DNA of 64,000 bases, from contig JAFGMW010000030.1 of assembly GCA_016927275.1 (NCBI GenBank), positions 8,135 through 72,134 of the forward strand, read 5' to 3'. Below the pieces are notes generated by a model. It had not been told where the DNA came from and ran no database searches. It saw only the letters and a program-made list of their open reading frames with translations. Both the position numbers and the translations under genes were made by a program. Below are positions 31,271 through 41,631 of this stretch, piece by piece. How positions within the stretch are numbered: the stretch's first letter is position 1; the number at the start of each line of letters is the position of its first letter. The stretch comes from Pseudomonadota bacterium. GTDB taxonomy: Bacteria > UBA10199 > 2-02-FULL-44-16 > JAAZCA01.

Positions 31271-34200
31271 ATGAAAAGGGCATGTCTATTGGTTCTGGCG
31301 GTTGCCGCGCTTTTGGCTGCGATCACGACCGCAGCGATCGCACAGGAGCTCAAGGCCGGGTTTTCAAAACCTGTGCTGATCGGAGGCGACAATCCCGCAT
31401 CCCCAGCATCTTCGGCCGCCGCGATGATCGAATTCTTCTCACATCCGGTCGTAGAGGGGGCTCGAAACTTCAAGGTGGAGAGGGACAAGATAGAAGCGGA
31501 CAGCCTGTCGGTCTACATCGACGACGTGTTCGCAACGCCGGGTGCGGCGACGGGAAAGGCGGTCAGCGCCACATCTCCAATCATGGACAACCCCGGCGCG
31601 AGAGTCGCCTCTCCGGGAATAGAACCGATCAATCCCCTGGGTCCAAACGACATGTCGCTGTCAACCAGCACAGGCTTCAAGATGACATGGGGGCTTGATT
31701 ACTCGCTCGCGGAGGGCGAGAACGTTGAGGGCAGGAGGCTTGCGCTCGGCGACGTCCGTGTGGAGGAGGAGGGCGAATTCAAGGCGCTCTTCGGCAAAGA
31801 TCCCCTGGACACGCTGCTCATAGGCGGCGCCCGGCTGGCGCTGCTGGGCAACGCGTCGGAGGTCTCCCCGTACGATTCGGCCTATCCTGCGACGGTCGTG
31901 GCGAAGAACGAGGCCTTCCAGTGGTGCTCCATACCCAGATTCAAGATGCCGTGGCTCGGGCACAAGAAGTGCCTCATGCCGCTGGGCAGCCACGAATATA
32001 AGGACGTTTTGATTTACGATGCCGTGGATATAGGCAACGGGATCGTCGGCGTGGCCTATGACCCGTTCATCGTGAGAAATGAGATGGAGTGGTACCTCAA
32101 TGTGAACGGCTTTGCGACCCCCCCGGGCTATGTGAGCATGACGGTGCCTCCTGTCCATACCGGAGTCCGCGGCATCGCATATCATTCCCCTCTGGTCCTG
32201 TTCAGGAAGGCAGGGGAAGGCGCCTCTGCCAGATATAAATTCTCCGGCTACAGCTCTTTTCAGTTCCCGCAAATTGAGCCGGGAAAGAAGATCGGTGAGA
32301 TCCTCTGGCCTTTCATACTCACGAACTGGATGGTTCCGCTGGCGTCAAACCCGATAGCGATCGAGGCGGTCGACCCGAAGGATCCGCTCGATCGTTCCTA
32401 CAGCGATCTCGCGGTCCTGTATCGGAATCTATTGCTCAACCTCGACGCCACAGTTCACGGCTTCAGGGCCAGGCCCGCGGTCTTCGAGACCGACCTCTCG
32501 GCCGTTGATTCGTCGCTGGCCGGCCACAAGACGTTCCGCGACATGCTCGGCGTCTGTTCGGACGACGCCTGCACCAGCATCTCCTCCGGTGTCACGGAGG
32601 ATCTGTTCCCCGACAGGACCTTCGCCCTCATGGTGGTATGGAGGCAGGCCGGGCGCTGGCTGAACTCTGCTGCGTCGGGGGAATACGAGAAAATGAACCC
32701 GAGCCACGTGTTCCAGCCCGAGGGGGCGACCGCGATAGTCGGTGGGGACGCCTACGACATGGCGGTGCTCACCGATTTTGCGGAGGACACCGAGGGGCTG
32801 AGGAAGCAGCACATCCTCATCCCTTCGGCATACGACGCGCCGGGTTCCGATGCGGTCCTGTATGTCGTCGACGAGAATTCGAGGAGAATAGGGACCAGGC
32901 CCATAAAGAAGGTGGACCCGGCATTCATGGCGGATCCCATTGAATATGAGTCCGGCACCTGCGGCTACATCGATTTCGTTCCGGCCAGGCCCACGCCGCT
33001 TCTGCTGCCCGGGCTCATAAAGGTACCGAGGCCGGCCGACGGCCTGGTGCCGTACCGGATAGAGTCAGGCCGTATCACGGACGACCGCTGCGCCGATTTT
33101 GTAATAACGTGGAGGGGCTCAGGCATCGTCGCCGATCCTGAGAACGCAGGCCACGTCAAATTCGACGACGGGGCGGGGCGCATGTTCTCGAACTCGGTGA
33201 CCCTGGGGCTCCGCCGCGAAACCGTCCCGGGGGCATGCAGCAACTACGCCGAAATCGAGTACAGGACCATAGACGTCCCGTCCACCGCGGGCGAGCTGCC
33301 GCAGATCGCGGCCGCGGCCGTCGGCAGATTCATGCACGAGGGGGAGGGCGGCTACGCGAGCGCCGCGCTCAAGGCGGACATACTGGCCGGCAACGCGGTG
33401 CCGGAATCGGACGGCGACGGCGCCTACTCCTCGCACGCCTATCTCTTCAAGGCCGCTCTCGATTACTCCACACTGCCTCAGGACATGGAGAGGTTCCGCA
33501 CCGGCTTCGCCTCGTTCGAGGAAAAGGCTAAGGCGGCCGGCGTCGCCGACATCTCCGCAAAGAGAGCCGACGAGGGGCCGGACGCCATAGCCCAGGTGAC
33601 CGGAAGGCCGCTCATGCTGCCCGACGCGGGCTGCCCCGACTACTCCTCGGGCTCCGACGACCCCACGGTCGGGAGCGTGTTTCAGACATACCGTTCGGTG
33701 ATAGCGAACCTCTGGTCGGCGCATTGGACCTCCGTGAGCCCAGCGATGTACAAGGTGGCCATACCGTTCAGGGACGATCAGTTTCATCCCCTGCCCGTGG
33801 GCTGCGGCGAGCCGGAGCCGTGCGTGATAAGCTGGAAGGGAAAGGAGTACAGGCTTCCGTTCTACAAAGACGATCCCTGCTGCAAGGTCCCCTGCTCCGA
33901 GCCCATGGAATTTGAGGTGAGCCCGTGCGGCTCTTATTTTTCGAACCAGTATATGCCGTTCTCCTGCGACATAGTCGAGTACAGGAAGGCGTGGTTCGAT
34001 TGTGACACCTCGTCTTCCACTTCGAGGAACGGGTCAGAAGGGACGACGGATGTGATCGTGGGGCATGATCGCGGCGCAATAGCCGTGGCGTCGGAGCTCA
34101 GGCCCGCGCAGTTCGCCTCTCAAAACAGCCGGCAGGTCCCCGGCACCGCCGGCCAGGTCCCCGGCGCAAATGTTCTGCGCACCGACCAGGAATCGCCGCT

Positions 34201-36067
34201 GTCGTTCAGGCAGCTGGTGAGCAGCCTTATAGCGGAGGGGTTCCCTGACAACGCAGAGGCGCAGCAGGCGCTCGACGGGATATTCGACGACAAGGATCTG
34301 AGAAATTTTCTTTACGAGTACGAGAAACTCCTCACCATCAGGAAGGCGCCGGACGGGATGTTCGGCCCCCCGCTCTCGTTCGAGGAGATATTCCTGATCC
34401 CGATCTACCAGACTGTCATGCTCTCCGAGAGGCTGGAGGCGCAGGCTGCCTATGAGGGTAAGCCGGGCGGCTTCAGGGCGCTTGGCGGCGGGTGCTCGAT
34501 CGCGCCCGCTGTGGAGGAGGCGAGGGGCCCAGCGGGGGCGGGCTCGAAGGTCGGCTCCGTGCTCAAGCGGATATGGGACCTCATCGTACCTGACGCAGGG
34601 GCCGCGGTCTGCGGCGACGGCATCAAGGATGCGCCGGAGGAGTGTGACCCCAAGCTAGATCCTACGGGGTGCGAAGGTCCCTTCATATGTGTCAACGATT
34701 CGAATTTGAAGCCGTGCACCTGTATCCGCAAGAGGCCGTACGTTCCATTGTGCGGCGACGGGATCATCGAGGGCACGGAGCAGTGCGACGGGTGGAATGC
34801 CGATCTCCCCTGCGGGGCCGGCAATGTGTGCGTGAACTGCCGATGCATTTCAACGCCGCCTATCGAACAGGCCCCTGCGTCGCCCGCTGCCGACACGCCG
34901 GCGGCGATAGCAGCCAAGATCCTGGCGCAGCTCAAGCTCCCCAAGGGACAGATCATGCCCGGCCACAGGGAGACGACGGCCCTGATAAGGATCCCTTCGA
35001 AGACGGCGGCCGGGGAGGGGCCGGCCGAGGCCGCTCCGCAGGGCGGCGGCCTGCAGAACGACGACTGCGTCGTCAGGTGCGCCACGTTCCCGGGCGAGAA
35101 GGCTGCCGAGAAGTACAAGGCGCTCAACGACGAGATCCGCGCGATCACCGGGAGATCGGACGACTTCATCTGCCCGCCCGAGCAGGGCGTGACGGTCCTC
35201 TGTCGCGTGGACGGGGCCAGCGCGCCGGGCGCCGCCCCCTCCGAGCTTTCGCTTTCGCTCTCGGGGACGCCGCTCCCCGGCATACCTGGGAACCTCATGC
35301 CGTACTCGGTGGTCCAGACCGACGGCTCCAAGTTCATAGACGAGACGACGCTCGAGTTCCGCACCTTCGAGACCCTGGATAAGCCGATCCAGCTTATCCC
35401 CCTCGATCAGCAGGCGGCCGGGATGGTGGTCCCGTCCATGGCCATGAGCCTGGGCGCAATGCCCATGATCGCCACCTCGATCTCCGGGGCGGCGGAGGGG
35501 ACGCTCCTGGTCAACAACATGTATTCGCACAGGGTCATCAGCTCGGGCTCCGAGGAGGCGGTGTCGCTCGGTCTCTCCCAGACCCCGCAGGGCCTGCTCC
35601 CCGGGACAGCGGTCACGATACATGAGATGAAGTTCCGCACGGTGAACACGGGCGGCTCCTGGACCGCGGTCGAAGGCGCAATGCCCGGGCTCAAGCCGAT
35701 CGAGGAGCGAATCGACTGGGAGCAGCTCAAATCGATGCTGGCCGAAAGGGTCGCGCAGCTTGGCGGCGCCGCCCCGAGGGCCTCGCTCTACGTGGACACG
35801 GCGTATCCTGTTGTGCCGAACCAGCGCTATGCGTTCGGCCTCTACCAGGAAAAATACGCTGCAGCAGGGGGCACGACCGATACCGTCGATGTCCCGTTCG
35901 GCTTCATCGTCGGCGAGCCCATGATAGGCGCCCAAGGGGGCGGGTGCGGATGCTTCGTGGGAAGCTCTGCACCTACCGCCTCGTCGGTCCTGCCCCTGAT
36001 CATTGCCCTGCTTGCGCCGGCAGGGGGCATCGCATATTTGCGAATCCGCAGACGCAACAGGAAGTAA
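31271..36067 (+). CDS. giant exported protein with Myxococcus cysteine-rich repeats and MYXO-CTERM-like sorting tail
   Basis: 1598-aa product with a signal peptide. It has two CGDG...EECD...CxxxxxC repeats at about residues 1100-1180. The C-terminus reads GGGCGCF..hydrophobic..RIRRRNRK, which is a Cys motif plus TM plus basic tail. A sigma-54 promoter lies upstream. Confidence 0.75.
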   Translation: MKRACLLVLAVAALLAAITTAAIAQELKAGFSKPVLIGGDNPASPASSAAAMIEFFSHPVVEGARNFKVERDKIEADSLSVYIDDVFATPGAATGKAVSATSPIMDNPGARVASPGIEPINPLGPNDMSLSTSTGFKMTWGLDYSLAEGENVEGRRLALGDVRVEEEGEFKALFGKDPLDTLLIGGARLALLGNASEVSPYDSAYPATVVAKNEAFQWCSIPRFKMPWLGHKKCLMPLGSHEYKDVLIYDAVDIGNGIVGVAYDPFIVRNEMEWYLNVNGFATPPGYVSMTVPPVHTGVRGIAYHSPLVLFRKAGEGASARYKFSGYSSFQFPQIEPGKKIGEILWPFILTNWMVPLASNPIAIEAVDPKDPLDRSYSDLAVLYRNLLLNLDATVHGFRARPAVFETDLSAVDSSLAGHKTFRDMLGVCSDDACTSISSGVTEDLFPDRTFALMVVWRQAGRWLNSAASGEYEKMNPSHVFQPEGATAIVGGDAYDMAVLTDFAEDTEGLRKQHILIPSAYDAPGSDAVLYVVDENSRRIGTRPIKKVDPAFMADPIEYESGTCGYIDFVPARPTPLLLPGLIKVPRPADGLVPYRIESGRITDDRCADFVITWRGSGIVADPENAGHVKFDDGAGRMFSNSVTLGLRRETVPGACSNYAEIEYRTIDVPSTAGELPQIAAAAVGRFMHEGEGGYASAALKADILAGNAVPESDGDGAYSSHAYLFKAALDYSTLPQDMERFRTGFASFEEKAKAAGVADISAKRADEGPDAIAQVTGRPLMLPDAGCPDYSSGSDDPTVGSVFQTYRSVIANLWSAHWTSVSPAMYKVAIPFRDDQFHPLPVGCGEPEPCVISWKGKEYRLPFYKDDPCCKVPCSEPMEFEVSPCGSYFSNQYMPFSCDIVEYRKAWFDCDTSSSTSRNGSEGTTDVIVGHDRGAIAVASELRPAQFASQNSRQVPGTAGQVPGANVLRTDQESPLSFRQLVSSLIAEGFPDNAEAQQALDGIFDDKDLRNFLYEYEKLLTIRKAPDGMFGPPLSFEEIFLIPIYQTVMLSERLEAQAAYEGKPGGFRALGGGCSIAPAVEEARGPAGAGSKVGSVLKRIWDLIVPDAGAAVCGDGIKDAPEECDPKLDPTGCEGPFICVNDSNLKPCTCIRKRPYVPLCGDGIIEGTEQCDGWNADLPCGAGNVCVNCRCISTPPIEQAPASPAADTPAAIAAKILAQLKLPKGQIMPGHRETTALIRIPSKTAAGEGPAEAAPQGGGLQNDDCVVRCATFPGEKAAEKYKALNDEIRAITGRSDDFICPPEQGVTVLCRVDGASAPGAAPSELSLSLSGTPLPGIPGNLMPYSVVQTDGSKFIDETTLEFRTFETLDKPIQLIPLDQQAAGMVVPSMAMSLGAMPMIATSISGAAEGTLLVNNMYSHRVISSGSEEAVSLGLSQTPQGLLPGTAVTIHEMKFRTVNTGGSWTAVEGAMPGLKPIEERIDWEQLKSMLAERVAQLGGAAPRASLYVDTAYPVVPNQRYAFGLYQEKYAAAGGTTDTVDVPFGFIVGEPMIGAQGGGCGCFVGSSAPTASSVLPLIIALLAPAGGIAYLRIRRRNRK

Positions 36068-36070
36068 ACG

Positions 36071-36099
36071 GATTACGAGTCACGAGTCACGAGTTACGG
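36071..36099. repeat. heptamer tandem repeat array, 4 units, after the giant gene stop
   Basis: gattacgagtcacgagtcacgagttacgg. Confidence 0.8.
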
Positions 36100-36114
36100 A
36101 ATTCAGTGAGGGAC

Positions 36115-36147
36115 CGGCCCGAGGCTAATAACCTCGGGCTGTTTTTT
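36115..36147 (+). terminator. intrinsic terminator after the giant exported protein gene
   Basis: GCCCGAGG-ctaataa-CCTCGGGC hairpin followed by TGTTTTTT. Confidence 0.65.
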
Positions 36148-36244
36148 GAGCGTCTTATAAACGGATTCGGCGTTGACTTTCCTGAAAAAACCAATAAAAT
36201 CGCATAAAACAACGTCAATACTGCACTTACAGGGGGAGGGGGAG

Positions 36245-37567
36245 ATGCCCAGAAAATTTGCCGTAACGCTGTTTCTGGCAGTCCTGGCCGTGTTCATCGC
36301 GGGCCACGCCCATGCGGCGCATAATGCGGATGTCATAACGATCAATCCGGCGACCGACGGCGGCAAGTACCTCACGATCTACCAGTCCAACACCCTGCCG
36401 CAGTGGGGCTGGAACGCAGGGGGATACATCGACTACGGCTTCGAGCCGCTGGAGTACGCGGACGCAGCCGGCCGGAGGCGGCGCGGGATAGTCGACGACC
36501 TGCTCATGGCCAACATCATGGGCGCAATCGGCTGGACCGACTGGTGGTCCACGGGCGTGAACATACCGGTCGCCATCTGGGAGGCGTTCATCAACCCCAA
36601 CCAGCCCGCCGGGGCCGCCACCAAGGAGAACTTATACGGCAAGCTCGGCGATGTGCGGTTCGAGACAAAATTCCGGATCCTCAACATCGAGCGCTATCAC
36701 CTGGGCCTTGCGGTCATCCCGTTCTTCTATTTCCCCACTGGCAAGGAGTCGACCTTTCTGGGCAACGGCATGTGGTCGCCCGGCGGCATCATCGCCTTCG
36801 ATGCGGACATAAAGAACCGGGTGTTTCTCGCCCTCAACGTGGGATATCGCAACTACGCGAAGACCCGTTACGACGCCAACAACGCCAACGCGGTGATCGA
36901 CGACACGCTCATCCTCAACGGCGGCGTCAACGTGCGCATCAACGACTCGTGGGCGGTGCTGGGCGAGGTCCTCTCCGAGGGGGTGCTCAGCGGCTACTGG
37001 AAAAACCAGCTGCAGAACCCGGCCGAGTTCCTCGTGGGCGGACGGTGGACCCCCCAGACCAGGGCCAAGGGCCTCACGGTCTCGCTGGCCGGAGGCAGGG
37101 GGATAACCACCGGTATCGGTTCGCCCGACTTGCGAGTGCTGGTGGGCGTCAACTATCGCCGCGCAGAGGTCGGGCCGCCGCCGCCGGTCGCGGTGGAGGC
37201 CGCGGTGGAGGAGAAGATCGTCATCACGCAGAAGATACATTTTGAGTTCGCCAGGCACAACATCAGGCCGATCTCCTACCCGATCGTGGACGACGTGGCC
37301 TATCTGCTGTCGCGCAACCCGCAGATCAGGCTCGTCAGGGTCGAGGGTCACACCGACTGGATCGGCTCCGACGCCTCCAACCAGCTCCTCTCCGAACGCC
37401 GCGCGAACGCGGTGCGCGACTACCTCATCGGAAAAGGTATAGAGCCCGACAGGCTGGTCTCGGTGGGCTACGGCGAGACGAGGCCGGTCGCGGACAACAA
37501 CACCGTCGAGGGTCGCGCGCGCAACCGCCGCACCGAGTTCACGGTTGTGCAGGTCGCTCCGCAGTGA
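36245..37567 (+). CDS. OmpA-family outer membrane protein
   Basis: Signal peptide MPRKFAVTLFLAVLAVFIAGHAHA and a C-terminal OmpA/MotB peptidoglycan-binding domain (TDWIGSDASNQLLSERRANAV...GYGETRP). Confidence 0.75.
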   Translation: MPRKFAVTLFLAVLAVFIAGHAHAAHNADVITINPATDGGKYLTIYQSNTLPQWGWNAGGYIDYGFEPLEYADAAGRRRRGIVDDLLMANIMGAIGWTDWWSTGVNIPVAIWEAFINPNQPAGAATKENLYGKLGDVRFETKFRILNIERYHLGLAVIPFFYFPTGKESTFLGNGMWSPGGIIAFDADIKNRVFLALNVGYRNYAKTRYDANNANAVIDDTLILNGGVNVRINDSWAVLGEVLSEGVLSGYWKNQLQNPAEFLVGGRWTPQTRAKGLTVSLAGGRGITTGIGSPDLRVLVGVNYRRAEVGPPPPVAVEAAVEEKIVITQKIHFEFARHNIRPISYPIVDDVAYLLSRNPQIRLVRVEGHTDWIGSDASNQLLSERRANAVRDYLIGKGIEPDRLVSVGYGETRPVADNNTVEGRARNRRTEFTVVQVAPQ

Positions 37568-37713
37568 TGCGCCGACATTGATATTTTCACACGGGGGGCC
37601 TTCAAGCCCCCTGTTTTTTTGATATCGGCGCGTCATCGCTGCGCCGCGGGGTCCTTTGGCGGGCGTTGCGATCCCCCTCAGTCCCGGCCTTGCAAGGGAT
37701 CGCTTCGTCGCAT

Positions 37714-39870
37714 ATGCTCCTCGCAATGACGGATGATAGATACCACAGACATCCGCTGGCCACGCCCGTCCAGTACGTCAAGGGGGTCGGCCCCGCGCTC
37801 GCCTCCATACTCGGCCGGATGGGCGTGCTCACCGTCGGCGATCTGCTCGCGGTGACCCCGATCCGCTACATCGACAGGAGAAGGATCCTCGCGATCTCGG
37901 AGCTCTCTCCCGGAGGTGACAGGACCGTGCAGGGCAGGGTGGTCGCCTCCGGGGTCTCGTTCATGGGCGCCCGGCGCAAGCGCATCTACGAGGTGGTGGT
38001 TGACGACGGGACCGGCAAGGTCTCGGCCAAATTCTTCCACTTCAGGCAGAGCTACATGCGCGAGAAGTTCAAGCCCGGGGTGGAGCTCATGCTCTCGGGC
38101 GACGTCTCGGCGTACGGGCGCACGCACCAGTTCATCCATCCGGAGATGGAGACGCTCTCCGAGGGCGGCTCCGCGCCCGAGTCCGCTGGCAGGATCATGC
38201 CCGTCTATCCGCTCACGGAGGGGCTCTACCAGAAGACCATGCGCAGGATCGTCCGCAACGCCTGGGACGCCTACAACACCCACATCAAGCCGGTATTCCC
38301 AGAGCCGTTCGCAGAGCGGCACCGCCTCTGCGACCCGTGGGAGTGCCTGCAGGAGATCCACTTCCCATCGCCAGACCTCGACCCCGAGCTGCTCGCCATC
38401 GGCCGCTCCGCCGCCCACCGCACCCTCATATTCGACGAGTTCTTCTTCCTGGAGCTCGGGCTGGCCCTCAGGAGGCGGCAGCACACGGTGAAGCAGGGGA
38501 TTAGGTTCGCCGCGGACGACGGCGCTCACCAGAGGCTCGTCTCAGCGCTGCCTTTTCAGCTCACCGAGGCGCAGAGCAGGGTGATCTCGGAGATATTTTC
38601 GGACATGGAGAAACCGGTCCCCATGAACAGGCTGCTCCAGGGGGACGTGGGCAGCGGCAAGACCGTGGTCGCGCTCGCGGCCGCCGACAAGGCGCGCGCC
38701 TGTGGTTTCCAGACCGCCATCATGGCCCCCACCGAGATACTCGCGGAGCAGCACTACTCGACGATCGAGAGGCTGGCGGGCGCGCTCGGGCTCAATCACG
38801 CGCTGCTCACCAGCTCGGTGAAGGGCAAGGAGCGCTCGATCGTGCTCGCGGGGATCGCGGACGGCTCGGTGTCGCTCGCGGTCGGCACCCACGCCCTGAT
38901 CCAGGAGGGGGTCAACTTCAAGAGGCTCGGCTTCGTGGTGGTGGACGAGCAGCACCGCTTCGGCGTGATGCAGCGCGCGCAGCTCAGGCGCAAGGGCGCC
39001 CCCGGTGCCGGGGACGGGGCCTGGCCCGACGTGCTGGTCATGACCGCAACGCCGATCCCGAGAACCCTCGCGATGACCCTCTACGGGGACCTCGACGTCT
39101 CGGTGATCGACGAGATGCCGAAGGGGCGGCTTCCGATAATCACGCGCCTCTACGAGGAGCGCCAGCGCGCAAAGCTCTACGAGGGCATACGCCACGAGCT
39201 CGTTCTCGGGCGCCAGGCGTACGTGGTCTACCCCCTGATCGAGGAGAGCGAGAAGCTCGACCTCAAGGACGCCACCGCGATGTGCAGGGAGCTCAAGCGC
39301 GTGTTCGAGCCGCACCATCGTGTGGAGCTCCTTCACGGCCGCATGCCGGGCGAAGAGAAGGAGGCCGTCATGGCCGAGTTCAAGGCGGGATCGATACACG
39401 TGCTCGCCGCGACCTCTGTCGTGGAGGTGGGCGTGGACGTTCCCAACGCCTCGGTGATGGTGATAGAGCACGCGGAGCGCTTCGGGCTGGCGCAGCTGCA
39501 CCAGCTGAGGGGCAGGGTGGGCCGCTCCACGCACCAGTCGTACTGCATCCTCATGGCCGACTACCGCAGGTCAGAGGACGCGCGCCAGAGGCTCAAGGTC
39601 ATGACCGAGACGACCGACGGATTCAGGATCGCGGAGGAGGACCTCGCCCTCAGGGGGCCGGGCGAGTTCATGGGCACGCGCCAGTCGGGCATACCTCCGT
39701 TTCGGATCGCCAACCTCGCGCGAGACATCGGCATCCTCTCCAAGGCCCGCGAGGCGGCGTTCGAGCTCGCCGAATCGGACCCCGGCCTGGAGAAACCTGA
39801 GAACGCACGAATCAGGGAGGTGCTGCTCGCCCGCTGGGAGGGCCGCCTCACGCTCGCGGACATCAGCTAG
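37714..39870 (+). CDS. recG: ATP-dependent DNA helicase RecG
   Basis: Wedge/OB N-domain and SF2 helicase motifs (GDVGSGKT, DEQHRFG, TATPIPRTL). A start at 37666 is also possible. Confidence 0.85.
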   Translation: MLLAMTDDRYHRHPLATPVQYVKGVGPALASILGRMGVLTVGDLLAVTPIRYIDRRRILAISELSPGGDRTVQGRVVASGVSFMGARRKRIYEVVVDDGTGKVSAKFFHFRQSYMREKFKPGVELMLSGDVSAYGRTHQFIHPEMETLSEGGSAPESAGRIMPVYPLTEGLYQKTMRRIVRNAWDAYNTHIKPVFPEPFAERHRLCDPWECLQEIHFPSPDLDPELLAIGRSAAHRTLIFDEFFFLELGLALRRRQHTVKQGIRFAADDGAHQRLVSALPFQLTEAQSRVISEIFSDMEKPVPMNRLLQGDVGSGKTVVALAAADKARACGFQTAIMAPTEILAEQHYSTIERLAGALGLNHALLTSSVKGKERSIVLAGIADGSVSLAVGTHALIQEGVNFKRLGFVVVDEQHRFGVMQRAQLRRKGAPGAGDGAWPDVLVMTATPIPRTLAMTLYGDLDVSVIDEMPKGRLPIITRLYEERQRAKLYEGIRHELVLGRQAYVVYPLIEESEKLDLKDATAMCRELKRVFEPHHRVELLHGRMPGEEKEAVMAEFKAGSIHVLAATSVVEVGVDVPNASVMVIEHAERFGLAQLHQLRGRVGRSTHQSYCILMADYRRSEDARQRLKVMTETTDGFRIAEEDLALRGPGEFMGTRQSGIPPFRIANLARDIGILSKAREAAFELAESDPGLEKPENARIREVLLARWEGRLTLADIS

Positions 39871-39924
39871 GATGCTTCGGGTCCCTGCCTACCCTATTCC
39901 AATTACCGAATAACCAAACGCGAT

Positions 39925-39998
39925 GTTTTTGTTTGATTATTGGAATTTCGGTTATTGGAATTTATTTGGAGTTTGGTGCTTGGGATTTGGAATTTTAT
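39925..39998. promoter_or_regulatory. AT-rich region with TTGGAATTT direct repeats upstream of lipA
   Basis: Three exact copies and one degenerate copy of TTGGAATTT spaced 11-21 bp apart. Confidence 0.3.
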
Positions 39999-40083
39999 TT
40001 ATTGTCCTCCGATCCGCCGGCCACCCGAAGCATACTTCCAGAAATGTTGACTGAGGGGGGATGTGTGGTATCAAGGGCGCCTT

Positions 40084-40944
40084 ATGGGCGATCCCTGCGA
40101 CATAGGGAGGCTCCCGCCGTGGCTCCGAAAGGGGGCCGGCGAGGCCGCCTCCACCCATGCCATGAAGAAGCGGCTCAGGGTTCGGGGCCTCCACACTGTC
40201 TGCGAAGAGGCCCGGTGCCCGAACCTGGGGGAGTGCTTTGCCCGCGGCACAGCTGCTATAATGATAATGGGCGCGGCGTGCACTCGCGCCTGCCGGTTCT
40301 GTGCGGTGGGGACCGGCATCTTGGCCCCCCTCAACCCTATGGAGCCGTCGAGGGTCGCGGAACAGGTCAGGGAGATGGGTCTTGGACATGTGGTGATAAC
40401 CTCGGTCACCCGCGACGATCTCGCAGACGGGGGCGCTGCCCATTTTGCCGCGACTGTATCGGCGGTCAGAGAGCGGTGCCCTGCTGCTATCGAGGTCCTG
40501 ACCCCGGACTTCGAGGGGAGGGAAGGCGACATAAGGACCGTCTGCAGCGCAGCACCCGATATCTTCAACCACAACGTCGAGACGGTGGAGAGGCTTTCTC
40601 CGTCGATCAGGGACAGGGCCTCCTACGGCCGATCGCTCGAGGTCCTCGCCGTCGCAAAGGCCCTCATGAGCGGCGGGCTCATAAAATCGGGCCTCATGGT
40701 GGGACTGGGCGAGAGCGACGAGGAGGTCGAGGACACGATAATCGACCTCGCGAAGATAGGTTGCGACGTCGTGACCATAGGACAGTACCTGAGGCCGACA
40801 AAGGCCAACATGCCGGTGGCGCGCTACGTTGAACCCGAGATATTTCGGAAATATGAGGCAATGGGGTTAAAGCATGGAATCAAACATATGTTTTGCGGCC
40901 CTTTTGTGCGCAGCTCATACCTGGCAGATAAAGCGTTACTTTAA
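40084..40944 (+). CDS. lipA: lipoyl synthase
   Basis: N-terminal CEEARCPNLGEC cluster and radical-SAM CTRACRFC. The alternative start is at 40063. Confidence 0.85.
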   Translation: MGDPCDIGRLPPWLRKGAGEAASTHAMKKRLRVRGLHTVCEEARCPNLGECFARGTAAIMIMGAACTRACRFCAVGTGILAPLNPMEPSRVAEQVREMGLGHVVITSVTRDDLADGGAAHFAATVSAVRERCPAAIEVLTPDFEGREGDIRTVCSAAPDIFNHNVETVERLSPSIRDRASYGRSLEVLAVAKALMSGGLIKSGLMVGLGESDEEVEDTIIDLAKIGCDVVTIGQYLRPTKANMPVARYVEPEIFRKYEAMGLKHGIKHMFCGPFVRSSYLADKALL

Positions 40945-40958
40945 CCGATGGAGGCGAG

Positions 40959-41483
40959 ATGGGAAGGCTGACTGAGAGCATTGCGATCAAAGCGCCGATC
41001 GAGAAGGTCTTTGAGGTGATCACCGATTTCGAGAGCTATCCCGGCTTTCTCTCTGAGATCGAGAGCGCCAGGGTGGTGAAGAGGGGCAAGGCGAAGGTCG
41101 AGGTGGCATTCACGGCGAACATCGTAAGCCGCATCAATTATACGCTGGAGATGAGGCCCTCCCCGCCGAAGAGGCTGGAGTGGTCGCTGGTTGAGGGCGA
41201 TATCATGGAGGGCAACGACGGATCCTGGGAACTCACCAGGCTCGAGCCGAATCTTACGGACGCCACGTTCAGCGTAGAGGTCAAGCTCCCGTTCTGGGTG
41301 CCGGCGGGCTTTGCCGACGCCACGCTCAAGTCAGGGCTGCCGAAGATGATGGCTGGATTCAAGTCAGAGGCGGAGAAGAGGGCATCTCCCAGGCCTGCCG
41401 CGAAAAAACCCGCGGCAAAGAAGAAGGGCGGGCTAAATTCGAAAACAGAGACGAGATCAAGAAAACTGATCAAGAGAAGCTGA
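40959..41483 (+). CDS. SRPBCC (RatA/CoxG-like) family protein with Lys/Ala-rich basic tail
   Basis: START/Bet v1-like N-domain (IAIKAPIEKVFEVITDFESYPGF). The C-terminal AAKKPAAKKKGG tail overlaps direct repeat copy 1. Confidence 0.65.
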   Translation: MGRLTESIAIKAPIEKVFEVITDFESYPGFLSEIESARVVKRGKAKVEVAFTANIVSRINYTLEMRPSPPKRLEWSLVEGDIMEGNDGSWELTRLEPNLTDATFSVEVKLPFWVPAGFADATLKSGLPKMMAGFKSEAEKRASPRPAAKKPAAKKKGGLNSKTETRSRKLIKRS

Positions 41484-41508
41484 GAAGAGAGAGAGAATTG
41501 TCGCCTCA
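41453..41508. repeat. direct repeat copy 1 (3' end of SRPBCC gene)
   Basis: agagacgagatcaagaaaactgatcaagagaagctgagaagagagagaga. Confidence 0.7.
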
Positions 41509-41631
41509 TAACTTATTGTAATTACATCATAATCGGCAAGCACACGAAGATTTGACGCAACATTTCCTGTGAAGTGACGATAAATATTCAAGGGGGGCAG
41601 GACTCTAAGGAAATCATAAGGAGTGTCCCCC

